A stretch of DNA of 42,738 nucleotides from a virus (lineage: Duplodnaviria; Caudoviricetes): the IMG/VR virus record IMGVR_UViG_3300044514_000023, positions 1 to 42,738 of that record; one strand, given 5' to 3'. Below the pieces are notes generated by a model. That model was not told the DNA's origin. It saw nothing but the letters and a program-made list of their open reading frames with translations, and did no database searches. The position numbers were made by a program, and so were the translations under genes. This document shows positions 1-8,188 of this stretch, in pieces (position 1 is the stretch's first letter; the number at the start of each line of letters is the position of its first letter).

Positions 1-143
1 TTCGCTTCCGAGGAGGTGGAGGTTCATACTTCGACCGAGATTCGGACCGCCAGATTCAGTTTAGGCTGCAGACTCGACATGGTGTAGGTGGGGTTGACTT
101 CGACCTCAACGATCAACCCAGCTTCTTGTCCCTTGGCGATGGC
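1..143. repeat. Terminal direct repeat, left copy (circular-assembly overlap)
   Basis: 1-143 matches 42596-42738 except T127 vs A42722; genes read through the junction. Confidence 0.97.
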
Positions 144-218
144 TTGCCTGAGCTCGGCGCAAGTGCGGCGGATATTGTCAGCTAGGTCCTTGCGGTTAAC
201 CATTTCTTTCTCGCTCAT
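24..218 (-). CDS. Hypothetical protein
   Basis: MSEKEMV...ISVEV; across the circular junction its stop overlaps the RNA ligase ATG (ATGA). Confidence 0.7.
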   Translation of the reverse strand: MSEKEMVNRKDLADNIRRTCAELRQAIAKGQEAGLIVEVEVNPTYTMSSLQPKLNLAVRISVEV

Positions 219-390
219 GGGTGTCAACCAGCGTCCTCATGGCGTTGATGCACCGTGCCTCGGCCCACCGTGCTCCGGCGGCGAATGCTCGGTACATATC
301 CTTGCCTCTCTGTTCATCCTCGATGCTCAAGTACTTCGGCTGCATCGCCGTCCACGAGGCCCATGCCTGTCTCGTGGCCTGTTCGTTCAC
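196..390 (-). CDS. Hypothetical protein
   Basis: GTG at 390 overlapping the upstream stop (GTGA); tight operon packing. Confidence 0.6.
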   Translation of the reverse strand: MNEQATRQAWASWTAMQPKYLSIEDEQRGKDMYRAFAAGARWAEARCINAMRTLVDTHERERNG

Positions 391-719
391 CTCAGCCCTC
401 CCAGGTACGGATGGACGGCCCAGGTGCACTCGGCATGCGTCGTGGTCGTGCCGTCGAGGTTTACGGCCACCGTGCAGGTCGCCGACATCAGCACGCCCTT
501 CGTCCCTGGTCGGTTCATGCAGAGACGGCAGCACGCCCCCTGCGTGGTATTACGGCTCGCCTCACCGCCCAGGCAGCTACCCGTCACCTCGACGCCTGGA
601 TCGCCGCCGGTGCGGATCACCGAGTCGGCGTAGACGGGAGGCGTCGGCGGGAATCCGTCGGGGCCTTCCTGGATACCACCGGCCCAGATCAAACCGAGCG
701 AGAAGATGAGTTCCAACAT
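387..719 (-). CDS. Small Cys-rich, probably exported protein
   Basis: AGGAG RBS, hydrophobic N-terminus MLELIFSLGLIWAG, 6 Cys. Confidence 0.65.
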   Translation of the reverse strand: MLELIFSLGLIWAGGIQEGPDGFPPTPPVYADSVIRTGGDPGVEVTGSCLGGEASRNTTQGACCRLCMNRPGTKGVLMSATCTVAVNLDGTTTTHAECTWAVHPYLGGLR

Positions 720-722
720 GGG

Positions 723-962
723 CTACTCCTTTCGTTCCAAGAGGACTTTCCAAAGTTTCTTGCGGAGGTCGTGCTCCGCTACCTCGGCCCTGTGCTTCCA
801 CTTGCTAGTCATGCCCTTGAGTTCGTCGTAGCCGAGCTCCAACTGCCTCTTGCGAAGCTTCAGGCTCTTGATCTGGGCCATGAGCTTGATCTGCTTCGCC
901 AGCGCCCGGTCGAGCGCCTTCGAGACCGTCTCGTAGGACTTCCGCGTCTCGCGCTCGCTCAT
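723..962 (-). CDS. Basic coiled-coil hypothetical protein
   Basis: MSERETRK start overlapping upstream stop; K/L/E heptad pattern. Confidence 0.65.
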   Translation of the reverse strand: MSERETRKSYETVSKALDRALAKQIKLMAQIKSLKLRKRQLELGYDELKGMTSKWKHRAEVAEHDLRKKLWKVLLERKE

Positions 963-1255
963 GGGGCCTTCTCCGCCGCGAGGGCGGCTGAAAACTCGCA
1001 TCTGCAATCGTCTTTCAAGTCGCCGCATAGCGGGCACGACATGCCGTGAGACCAGTTACGAAGCCTCGCCACCACCGGCTCCCACGTCGCTTTCCAGCGC
1101 TCCAGCTCGGCGAGCGCGGCTTCGCGTGCGTTCCACTCGTGGAGTAGCCTCGCCTCGTCAGGGCAGTCGGTCTCGAAGGTACAGACTTCAGCGTGCTCGT
1201 TTGGCGCAGCGGCTGTCGCATCACAACACAGGCATGCTCTCAATTCAGCCATCAC
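959..1255 (-). CDS. Zn-binding hypothetical protein
   Basis: CLCC...H...C...C and CPLC...CRC motifs, RBS. Confidence 0.65.
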   Translation of the reverse strand: MMAELRACLCCDATAAAPNEHAEVCTFETDCPDEARLLHEWNAREAALAELERWKATWEPVVARLRNWSHGMSCPLCGDLKDDCRCEFSAALAAEKAP

Positions 1256-1261
1256 CCCTCC

Positions 1262-1477
1262 TCACGGCTCCAGCATGCCGCGGGCTTCGATGGCGTCGTA
1301 GGCGCGGCGTGCGACTTTATCGGCATCCATTGCCGGTGCGAGAGTCCACACCAAGTTCAGACACCTCAAATCCTCCGTCCTAGCAGCCGCTACGGCGGCG
1401 TGCCAGAACGACCTTCCGATTACTTTGTCCGCCGGCTGGAGCAACGGATCGGTCTCGGCAAACTCCTCAAACGTCAT
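1262..1477 (-). CDS. Hypothetical protein
   Basis: GGGAG RBS, operon packing. Confidence 0.6.
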   Translation of the reverse strand: MTFEEFAETDPLLQPADKVIGRSFWHAAVAAARTEDLRCLNLVWTLAPAMDADKVARRAYDAIEARGMLEP

Positions 1478-1595
1478 CGCGCGTCTCCCTCACAGGAAGC
1501 GGCAGCGCACATCGCGCCCAGTTTATTGCCATGACGTCGCATCGCCATGCACTGGTCGATTCCAGCAAGGCACGTCTGCGCCTCCGCCTCCATCT

Positions 1596-2312
1596 TCAAG
1601 CCTCCCGCGTCACCGCGCGGCTGATCTCCGGGACGGCAGTCCATCCAGGTATCCGCATCGCCTCGCGCTGGCTACGCGCTCTTGCGTTCACCGCTGGCCT
1701 GCATGCTTCGGTCGCGCGTTCGACCATCTCGGTTTCCTCTGGGTGCTGCGCGAGCCAAGCGACGAAGGCCGCCGGGTGATTCTTCTCGGCGCGCCAGAGC
1801 GTGCGGGCGCTCACGCCGTCCACCTTCGCCAGCTCGGGCTCCACCCGTACCGGAGGCACTACCACCGGAGCCTCCAGGATCGCCTCCGCTTCCTCCGGCG
1901 CCCCCGCATCCTGCGCGGCTTGCGCTTCCGTCAGCATGCGCTCCTCTTCGTCCCGTCGCGCCTGATCTTCGAGCGCGGCCTGCGCGGCTTCCGCGATGGC
2001 TCGTTGCTCGCGCTCGTAGACGGTGAGCTTGCGGCCGACCTCGTGCTCTGCATCGCGGTAGGGAGTCAGCAACTTCGACTCGGCCGAGCAGATCGCACGA
2101 TGCGCCGCGTGGGCTTTTTGCTTCGGCTCGCGGAACAGCTCTTCGACATCGCGCTGAGCAAGTCGGAGTTTCGAAAGCACATGCTGGGCGAACGAATGGT
2201 CGAGCTTGTTGGAGATGACGAGCTTCTTCGCGTTCTCCTCCATCGGAGCGTACTGTTCGCGGATCGGCGCCGGGTCCGGTTGCAGGATCATGACCGCCGT
2301 TGCTTCGCCCAT
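1596..2312 (-). CDS. Coiled-coil protein of the recombination module (Gp157/DUF1351/Gam-like)
   Basis: Start MGEATAV at 2312 coupled to upstream stop; long A/E/Q/R helix ending RIPGWTAV; next to annealing protein and exonuclease. Confidence 0.6.
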   Translation of the reverse strand: MGEATAVMILQPDPAPIREQYAPMEENAKKLVISNKLDHSFAQHVLSKLRLAQRDVEELFREPKQKAHAAHRAICSAESKLLTPYRDAEHEVGRKLTVYEREQRAIAEAAQAALEDQARRDEEERMLTEAQAAQDAGAPEEAEAILEAPVVVPPVRVEPELAKVDGVSARTLWRAEKNHPAAFVAWLAQHPEETEMVERATEACRPAVNARARSQREAMRIPGWTAVPEISRAVTREA

Positions 2313-3334
2313 CACTCCTCCGCCGGCTGCATAGCCGCTTCGAGCGATACGAGCCGCTTGTATCCGACCCCGCCCTTCGTCCGCTCGCTGGTGTAGTGGC
2401 AGATCACTTCCTCGCCCGTGCCGGCAAAGGACTTCGCTTCGCCGGCGAGGTCGGCCTCGACGGTCGAGAACTGAGTCTTCGCGTCTCCGCAGGTTACACG
2501 GTGGACCGTGAACTCTCCCTGTTTCCTCGTCTCGACCGACGAGATTTCGCCGCGCCACATGCCGGCAGGCTTCGCTTCTGGCTCCGGCAGATCGGGCGGT
2601 TCCTGGATGCCGGCTTTGGTGTCGGGCTTGCGCTGCGGTTGCTGGACCTTGGGCCTCGGCTTCTCTGGCTCGCCTCCGACGTTGTGGTCTTCCAGGTCCT
2701 GCGTGAAGCGATCGGAGAAACCAAGGTTGAGATTCGCGGCGACAAGCGAACGCTTCTGCGCCATCTTGTCGATCGTGTTGACGACCGAGAACGTATCGTC
2801 GCTCTCTACGCGCCCGATTTCCTGCGAGACGATGGCCTCGGCATCGGACGGGAACTCCTGTCCGCAGCCGCCGCGCTTGCGCCAGCAGAACCAGCCCTGG
2901 CCTTCCTTGCGGCTCTTGAGGATCGTGGCCTTCCCGCAGCTCGGGCAGGTCCGCTCCGTGTAGCGCCAACGATAGCGGGATTCCCGCGAGTTGCAGGAGC
3001 CGATGCCTGTTGCGATCACCATCTCGCCGCCCCGCTGGCGGAGCACGCAGCGATAGCGATAGTGAAACAGTCCGGCTTCCCAATCCTCAATCTTGTCCAG
3101 GCACTCGTAATCGGGGTACAGGCCCAGCGCGTCCGTGATCTTCTCGGCACCTGGCTTGAGAAGCACCGGCTTCTCGGTGCCAGGAATCACGCCAAAGTCC
3201 GTGCCTGGCGTCAGAAGCTCGGCGACGATGCTCTCGCGCTCGCGTCGGGCTATCAGCCCACGCTGCGCGGCTCCAGTCCACGAGGTCAGAGCGATCTCGG
3301 GACGGACGATTACAGCGGTTTCATGCTCGCTCAT
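2312..3334 (-). CDS. Putative single-strand annealing/recombination protein with Zn-ribbon insertion
   Basis: DFGVIPGTEKPVLLKPGAEK, GIGSCNS.E, NTIDKMAQKRSLV motifs typical of a phage SSAP-like family; CPSC...C...C insert; adjacent to exonuclease. Confidence 0.6.
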   Translation of the reverse strand: MSEHETAVIVRPEIALTSWTGAAQRGLIARRERESIVAELLTPGTDFGVIPGTEKPVLLKPGAEKITDALGLYPDYECLDKIEDWEAGLFHYRYRCVLRQRGGEMVIATGIGSCNSRESRYRWRYTERTCPSCGKATILKSRKEGQGWFCWRKRGGCGQEFPSDAEAIVSQEIGRVESDDTFSVVNTIDKMAQKRSLVAANLNLGFSDRFTQDLEDHNVGGEPEKPRPKVQQPQRKPDTKAGIQEPPDLPEPEAKPAGMWRGEISSVETRKQGEFTVHRVTCGDAKTQFSTVEADLAGEAKSFAGTGEEVICHYTSERTKGGVGYKRLVSLEAAMQPAEE

Positions 3335-3863
3335 ACGTTTCCTCCTTGGTTGCGATCAGCCAGTGCCGCGCCCGCCACTGATAGAGACGGAGCGCGGCCA
3401 GGAAGGTCTCTCGGTCGGCGCGGTCCCTTCGTGGGATCAGCCGATAGCCAGTGTCCGTCAGCACGACGTTGTAGCGAGCGATTCCATACCGCTCATCCTT
3501 CATCGCTAGCACATACGCGGCGAGTTGAATCCCGTGCCAGGGCTCGTCCGATGGCTTGATGTCCAGGATTGTCCACTGGCGATTCAGCCAGCCGCCACGA
3601 TCCGGATGTCCGACATAGCCGAGCTGGCTTTCCACCTCCCACTCGATTTTCTCGGCCACCCAGTCAGTCTCCGCTCGAAACCGCCTCCACTGCTCCAGCT
3701 TCGCCGAGATCACTGGGTCCACCGTCGCCTCGTCGAGCGTCCCCTCATCGTAGTACCGGCACGCGAGATGCAGCGCGGACCCGCGATCCAGGTAGTAGTC
3801 ACCGGCTTGATGGCCCATCAGCCCGGCCTCGCGGATGATCTCGGTGACGGACGGGAGGCTCAC
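3321..3863 (-). CDS. PD-(D/E)xK exonuclease (Cas4/RecB-like)
   Basis: PSVTEII, RGSALH, GHPDR, ILDIK, QLAAY motifs. Confidence 0.85.
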   Translation of the reverse strand: MSLPSVTEIIREAGLMGHQAGDYYLDRGSALHLACRYYDEGTLDEATVDPVISAKLEQWRRFRAETDWVAEKIEWEVESQLGYVGHPDRGGWLNRQWTILDIKPSDEPWHGIQLAAYVLAMKDERYGIARYNVVLTDTGYRLIPRRDRADRETFLAALRLYQWRARHWLIATKEETYERA

Positions 3864-4048
3864 TCCTCCACCTTCCGCGGCCGCATCTCCCTACGGAGAT
3901 GGCCGACGAATCCGTTATAGCGGGCGATGCGGCGGCAGGGGTTGCACCATCCTGCCAGCACCAGGCGCTTCCGCCTGTCTAGCACATGCCCCGAGTGGAA
4001 CACTGCTGGACGGCGAAGGCATCGCACACAAACGGCGGTCTCTCTCAT
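3860..4048 (-). CDS. Small Zn-finger protein
   Basis: CVRC...CNPC; GGAGG RBS. Confidence 0.65.
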   Translation of the reverse strand: MRETAVCVRCLRRPAVFHSGHVLDRRKRLVLAGWCNPCRRIARYNGFVGHLRREMRPRKVEE

Positions 4049-4182
4049 GCCTCCTGCTTCCGCATGCTCGAGCCGACGATCTTCGCCTTGCCGAACTTCT
4101 CCAGCGCCGTCAAGATCAGCGCCGGGCTCGCCGTCTCGGGCTCGACCGCAATCTCGATCTTGTAGATGAGTAGCTTCTTCAT
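4045..4182 (-). CDS. Hypothetical 45-aa protein (below ORF-track cutoff)
   Basis: GAGGAGGAAACG-ATG; MKKLLIYKIEIAVEP...KQEA*, ATGA-coupled to next gene. Confidence 0.65.
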   Translation of the reverse strand: MKKLLIYKIEIAVEPETASPALILTALEKFGKAKIVGSSMRKQEA

Positions 4183-4242
4183 CGTTTCCTCCTCTTGGGT
4201 TTGGCCGTGTTCAGGACGCGAGCCACGCTTTCACGATCGGCA

Positions 4243-4554
4243 TCACAACCCGTGCTCCGCGCAGAAGCTCTTCCCAGCTTCGAACGCCTCTTCTGGTGTT
4301 GGATCGTGGCCACGTCCGAATCCTGGCCCGAAGATAGGATGGTTGCAGCCCTCGAACAGCCGGTAGAGCCTTGCCCGCTCCTCGGCGCCGAGATAGCCGA
4401 GCATGTAGCCGATGTTCTCGGACGCGTGCTTGTTCTCTTGCCTATACTCAGAGAGCATCCTGGCAGCGTCCTGAGTAGTCTCGCACGCCGTAGCCAAATC
4501 GAGTAGCGACCCTAGATTCTTCGCACGGTTGACCGCTCCTGTTTCGTAACTCAT
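4243..4554 (-). CDS. Hypothetical protein
   Basis: GGAGG RBS; ENIGYMLGY...HPIFG. Confidence 0.7.
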   Translation of the reverse strand: MSYETGAVNRAKNLGSLLDLATACETTQDAARMLSEYRQENKHASENIGYMLGYLGAEERARLYRLFEGCNHPIFGPGFGRGHDPTPEEAFEAGKSFCAEHGL

Positions 4555-4796
4555 CGCCGTCCCTCCATGCCCTCATCCTCCCTCTGCCCGTCACGCTCCC
4601 GCCTCGCGTGTTCCGCGCAGAGGCCCAGGTCCTCGGGCAGGATCTCGCCGTCGTTGCACGAATCGCAAGGCTCGACGCGCGGGTACCTGTGGCTCTTGCC
4701 GTCTCCACCGCAGGCGAAGCACACCAGCTCCCCCGCCTCCCGTAGGCACTCCTCGCAGTCGCGGCGGTCGGGCGGGTCGAGGGTGGGGTCAGTCAT
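4551..4796 (-). CDS. DnaJ-type Zn-finger small protein
   Basis: Start MTDPTLDPPD; CEEC, CFACGGDG, CDSCNDG repeats. Confidence 0.65.
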   Translation of the reverse strand: MTDPTLDPPDRRDCEECLREAGELVCFACGGDGKSHRYPRVEPCDSCNDGEILPEDLGLCAEHARRERDGQREDEGMEGRR

Positions 4797-4945
4797 CGCG
4801 TACTTTTGAAGCGCTGGCACGCGCACCGAAAGCCGCTCGACGCGATTGCTTGGCAGCCATCTGCCATATGATCCTCTCTGTCGTGCCCGCACTCGCACTC
4901 GTCCCAAGGGTCGGGCGGGTCGAGCTGGCGGGTGGGCTCACTCAT
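4793..4945 (-). CDS. Small Cys/His Zn-binding protein (50 aa, below ORF-track cutoff)
   Basis: MSEPTRQLDPPDPWDECECGHDREDH...C...CACQRF; RBS; ATGA coupling. Confidence 0.6.
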   Translation of the reverse strand: MSEPTRQLDPPDPWDECECGHDREDHMADGCQAIASSGFRCACQRFKSTR

Positions 4946-4948
4946 GGC

Positions 4949-5188
4949 TCACGCTCCTTCCCTGGGGAAAGTGATCTCCTCCAGCACCTTCTCGGCCCTT
5001 TCTACCAAGCATCCGCCGTTGTGATCGCGACCCCATACGCCGGTGAGGTGTCGGCACCACAAGCACATGGCGTCTCCCTCTTTCGAGCGGACCCTGCTTG
5101 CTGACACGAAGCCGCGTAGCACGTCGCAGGCGTCCATGCACCAATAGGCCGGAGCCTCTTCTCCGGTGTTGCGATCAATCGCTCTCAT
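4949..5188 (-). CDS. Small Zn-binding protein in a repeat-flanked cassette
   Basis: C..AC and CLWC...H...C motifs; direct repeats at 4941-4962 and 5184-5205. Confidence 0.6.
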   Translation of the reverse strand: MRAIDRNTGEEAPAYWCMDACDVLRGFVSASRVRSKEGDAMCLWCRHLTGVWGRDHNGGCLVERAEKVLEEITFPREGA

Positions 5189-5549
5189 GGCTCACGCTCC
5201 ATCCCGCCTTCTCCCAGGCGGCATAGTCGGGCAGGTCGCAGTCGGACTCGGGGTAGCGGGCGAGGCGGACGGTCCTGGGGGTCATCTGTCCGAGCGCCAT
5301 CAACCCACCGACAATCGCGGCCGAGATGGTGTCGGCCGGCCAGGCGCGTTCCTGGGCCAGCATGTGGACCGGGAACGCGCCCGACCCCCGCACGGTGAAC
5401 CGCTGCGGCTTGCGGCGTTCCTTCCGTGAGCGGCGGCCCAGGTCCCAAATGTTGGGCGAGCAGCGCGGGCAGACGCACGAGGCGGGCTCCTCTTGCGCTT
5501 CCTCGATCATCCGGTCCGTCACTCCAGGCGTTAGGTTGCTGAGTTTCAT
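5175..5549 (-). CDS. Hypothetical protein
   Basis: Start MKLSNLTPGVT with GAGG RBS; FTVRGSGAFPVHML...WPA. Confidence 0.65.
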   Translation of the reverse strand: MKLSNLTPGVTDRMIEEAQEEPASCVCPRCSPNIWDLGRRSRKERRKPQRFTVRGSGAFPVHMLAQERAWPADTISAAIVGGLMALGQMTPRTVRLARYPESDCDLPDYAAWEKAGWSVSHESD

Positions 5550-5734
5550 GCTTTCCTCTTCGGCGGATCGTCGATCACCACCTCGCCGTTGACGTGCCGG
5601 ACCATCCAGTACGGCCCTCGTGGGCTCTGCAGCCGCCGCCCGCGGAGCCGGCCGGCCTGGACCATCTTCATGAGCCACTGGCGCGATTTGCCGCTGCGCC
5701 GGGCGGCTTCTCGTATCGGGATCTCGTCTTTCAT
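5546..5734 (-). CDS. Excisionase/MerR-like HTH DNA-binding protein, first gene of early arm
   Basis: IREAARRSGKSRQWLMKMVQAGRLRG winged-HTH pattern. Confidence 0.8.
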   Translation of the reverse strand: MKDEIPIREAARRSGKSRQWLMKMVQAGRLRGRRLQSPRGPYWMVRHVNGEVVIDDPPKRKA

Positions 5735-5740
5735 GCGGCG

Positions 5741-5769
5741 AATCTATTGCAGTTGCGCCACGGTGTCAA
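5741..5769 (-). promoter_or_regulatory. Sigma70-type leftward promoter, probably leaderless transcript
   Basis: TTGACA-17 nt-TAGATT, 6 nt before ATG at 5734, no SD. Confidence 0.75.
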
Positions 5770-5785
5770 GTGGAAAGATTCCCCA

Positions 5786-5814
5786 TTGCCCGCGTCGCCT
5801 TTTCGTGGTACTCT
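5786..5814 (+). promoter_or_regulatory. Rightward promoter upstream of candidate sRNA
   Basis: TTGCCC-17 nt-TACTCT with extended TG. Confidence 0.55.
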
Positions 5815-5820
5815 CCGCTC

Positions 5821-5920
5821 AACCGGGGCCGTCGAGCATGCGGCCCCACGTTTCCTCCTTCTTGGCCTCGGGGCCGGCGACCCCTGCCCGTAGCCGAGCT
5901 GGCCCCGAGGCGCAGTTTCC
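5821..5920 (+). ncRNA. Candidate antisense (anti-SD) small RNA
   Basis: Hairpin 5825-5847, unpaired ACGUUUCCUCCUUCUU, 14-bp stem 5865-5878/5898-5911. Confidence 0.5.
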
Positions 5921-5922
5921 CG

Positions 5923-5952
5923 TTGACTCCCAGGCGGCGGTCGTGGTAGACA
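5923..5952 (+). promoter_or_regulatory. Possible promoter for replication genes
   Basis: TTGACT-18 nt-TAGACA with extended TG. Confidence 0.4.
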
Positions 5953-6050
5953 AGGGGCGCGTGGACGGCACGCAAGAAGCCCCTGCCTCGTGGCCGGCTC
6001 CGTCACCGAGAAAGCGGGGCCGGTCACAAGGCTCTTTCTCGGAGGGGAGG

Positions 6051-6839
6051 ATGCATGGATTCCTGAGAGTCGCCCACCTAGAGCGCTACCAGCACTACCG
6101 ACAACGTCGCCCGCCCTGGATCAAGTGGCACCGCTGCTGCCTGGACGATCCAGAGTTCTGCCGCTTGCAGGATGCTAGCAAGTGGCTGGCGATTGGCCTC
6201 GTTCTCCTGGCCTCGGAGACAGGCAACCGTATTCCGGCCGATGCGGAGTGGATACGGAAGCGGCTGATGATGCACGAGCCGCCAAACCTGAAGGCGTTAG
6301 TGGAGGTGGGCTTCATTGAGGATGCTAGCAACGCGCTAGCAACATGCGTGCAGTCTGCTAGCGAAGTGCTTGCCTCAGAGATCAGAGATCAGAGTTCAGA
6401 GGCTTCTGAGGGTATTCCGGCTCCGGAGGAGCTTCCGGCTGGGAAGCTAAAGCAAACAAGCCGGACTCGCGTTCGGAAACGCGACTCCGGGAATGGCGCG
6501 ATGAGCCCGGAGTTCCTGGCGCTCTGGGAGCTGAGCCCGCGGCGAAACGGCCGCCGGGTAGGGCGGGCCGAAGCGTGGCGGGAGTGGCAGGCGCAGGCGT
6601 GCCAGCCCATCGCCGCCCAGATCCTGGGAGCGATGCGCGCGGAGATCGCCAGCCGGAAGCTGGCGGAGGATCAGGAGGAATGGGTCGCCCCGCCGGTCGA
6701 CCTGCATCGCTGGATCCGCCGGCGGCGCTTCGAGGACCCGGCTGGACCTGGCTCGTGCATCCACTGCGGGTGGGAGACCGAGCCGGGAGCCGACTACTGC
6801 CCGACCTGCCGGGCAAACGGAAAGGGGGCGACCGGATGA
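6051..6839 (+). CDS. Phage replication initiator (replisome-organiser-like)
   Basis: GGAGG RBS before MHGFL; YQHY...PPWIKWH...LDD N-terminus; FLALWELSPRR...AWREW C-domain; internal repeats; precedes DnaB. Confidence 0.75.
   Translation: MHGFLRVAHLERYQHYRQRRPPWIKWHRCCLDDPEFCRLQDASKWLAIGLVLLASETGNRIPADAEWIRKRLMMHEPPNLKALVEVGFIEDASNALATCVQSASEVLASEIRDQSSEASEGIPAPEELPAGKLKQTSRTRVRKRDSGNGAMSPEFLALWELSPRRNGRRVGRAEAWREWQAQACQPIAAQILGAMRAEIASRKLAEDQEEWVAPPVDLHRWIRRRRFEDPAGPGSCIHCGWETEPGADYCPTCRANGKGATG
6323..6402. repeat. Putative replication origin (iterons inside initiator gene)
   Basis: GCTAGC-core repeats at 6323, 6335, 6356 (variant 6367), then TCAGAG(A/T/G) x4 at 6375-6402. Confidence 0.65.
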
Positions 6840-8122
6840 ACGCCGTGATGGAGCGATCCACCGAAGACCTTGAGCGCGCGCTGCTCTGCGCTCTGCTCTG
6901 CGGGGGCGGCCGGCTGGAGGACGCTCAGCCGCTCCGGGAGGATGACTTCCGCGGCTTTCACGCCCGCGCCTGGAGGGCCGTGCTCGAGCTGGCGGAACAG
7001 CGGATCCCCTACGACGATGCCGTGCTGGTAGCCCACCAGATGGGGCAGCCGGAGGACAGCCGCAGGCTCGCCGGGATCTTCGACGATTACGTCCACGGCC
7101 GGCATGCCAGGTGGTACGCGGCGAAGCTCCGAGAGCGACGGCACGCGGAGCACGTCGCGGAGGCGGACACGGCGCACCGGGAGGGCCTGAGGTTCGGCGG
7201 CCAGCCGGAGGCGCTGGAGGCGGTTCGGACTAGGCGTCTGCGCGAGCTCGAGGACCGGTACGGCATGGCCCCAACAGATCCGACCGGGCTCCGCGCGCTG
7301 ACCGGATTCTACGCGACGGCCGACGAGCACCGGATCGGCGCCGGATACGCGGAACTGGACGCCGCGGTCGGAGCGCTCCACCCGGGGATGGTCGTGACGG
7401 TGCTGGCCCGGCCCGGCACCGGAAAGAGCTGGCTCGCTCTCAACCTCGCCGCCCGATGGCTCAGCCTCGGCCCTCCGTGGTCCGTCTGCTTCGCCTCGCT
7501 GGAGATGCCGGCCTCGCTGGCTACCGACCGGCTTATGCGGATCCTGGAGGGCTGGACTTCCTCGCAGGTGCGGGATGCGGTGCTACGGCCTGGCGCGCCT
7601 CAGCCCGACCGATACGAAGAGCTGACGCGCGGGCGGTACGTGTTGCACGCCGGCACGCCCAGGCTGGACGCGATTGAGCGAACGATCCGAGAGCACCACG
7701 GCCATCCGGTCCGGGTGGTGCTGATCGACTATCTCCAGTACCTCCAGGGCGAGCGGGGGGAGTCGCCGTATGAGCGGGCCTCGAGGCTGGCCAAGGAGAT
7801 CAAACAGAGGGCCAAGACGTGGGAGGCGCTGGTGGTCCTGCTCTGTCAGCCGCGGCGGATCAAGGGCTCGCCTCATCGCTGCCCGTCGCTGGAGGACGCG
7901 CGCGACTCCGGGGTGATCGAGGAGTCGGCGGACGTGATGCTCGGCCTGTGGCGGCCGGCCGCGGATTCCCTCGAGATCCGCCTCCGGGTCCTCAAGGCCC
8001 GGGAGGCCATGGCCGGCCGTGAGATCGTGCTGGTACACGATGGGCAGACCGGGAGGATCGCCAGCGCCGCGCAGCCGCTCCCAGTACCGGACGCGGCACC
8101 GGACGCCGACCTGCCGTTCTAG
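6836..8122 (+). CDS. dnaB: Replicative DNA helicase, DnaB-like
   Basis: ARPGTGKS Walker A, SLEM, LIDYLQ, RDSGVIEESAD, LKAR. Confidence 0.93.
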   Translation: MNAVMERSTEDLERALLCALLCGGGRLEDAQPLREDDFRGFHARAWRAVLELAEQRIPYDDAVLVAHQMGQPEDSRRLAGIFDDYVHGRHARWYAAKLRERRHAEHVAEADTAHREGLRFGGQPEALEAVRTRRLRELEDRYGMAPTDPTGLRALTGFYATADEHRIGAGYAELDAAVGALHPGMVVTVLARPGTGKSWLALNLAARWLSLGPPWSVCFASLEMPASLATDRLMRILEGWTSSQVRDAVLRPGAPQPDRYEELTRGRYVLHAGTPRLDAIERTIREHHGHPVRVVLIDYLQYLQGERGESPYERASRLAKEIKQRAKTWEALVVLLCQPRRIKGSPHRCPSLEDARDSGVIEESADVMLGLWRPAADSLEIRLRVLKAREAMAGREIVLVHDGQTGRIASAAQPLPVPDAAPDADLPF

Positions 8123-8188
8123 GCTGCCCCATGACCCCCTGCCGAGGCAGACGAAGGCCCCCAGGATCGGCCTGGGGGCCGTGGTGGC

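Noticed and set aside
1-143. Terminal repeat as a physical packaging DTR
   Set aside because: It falls mid-operon across two genes and its length suits an assembler overlap; read-end data would be needed. The single mismatch (Gln vs Leu codon) may be a variant or an error
210-965. 12-bp repeat CTCGCTCATGGG at two MSE starts as a fourth cassette boundary
   Set aside because: Short and explainable by a common MSE start; needs statistics
1425-3559. Long plus-strand ORFs (1425..2396, 2300..3559) and similar antisense ORFs elsewhere (e.g. 31508..32662, 33993..35165)
   Set aside because: Shadows of GC-rich coding genes on the other strand; no RBS or motifs
5546-5734. Excisionase implying an integration module
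   Set aside because: No integrase or att-like context found; more likely a transcriptional regulator
6323-6402. Short repeats as a mini-CRISPR or contingency locus
   Set aside because: Units of 6-9 bp without spacers, located in the initiator linker where origin iterons are expected
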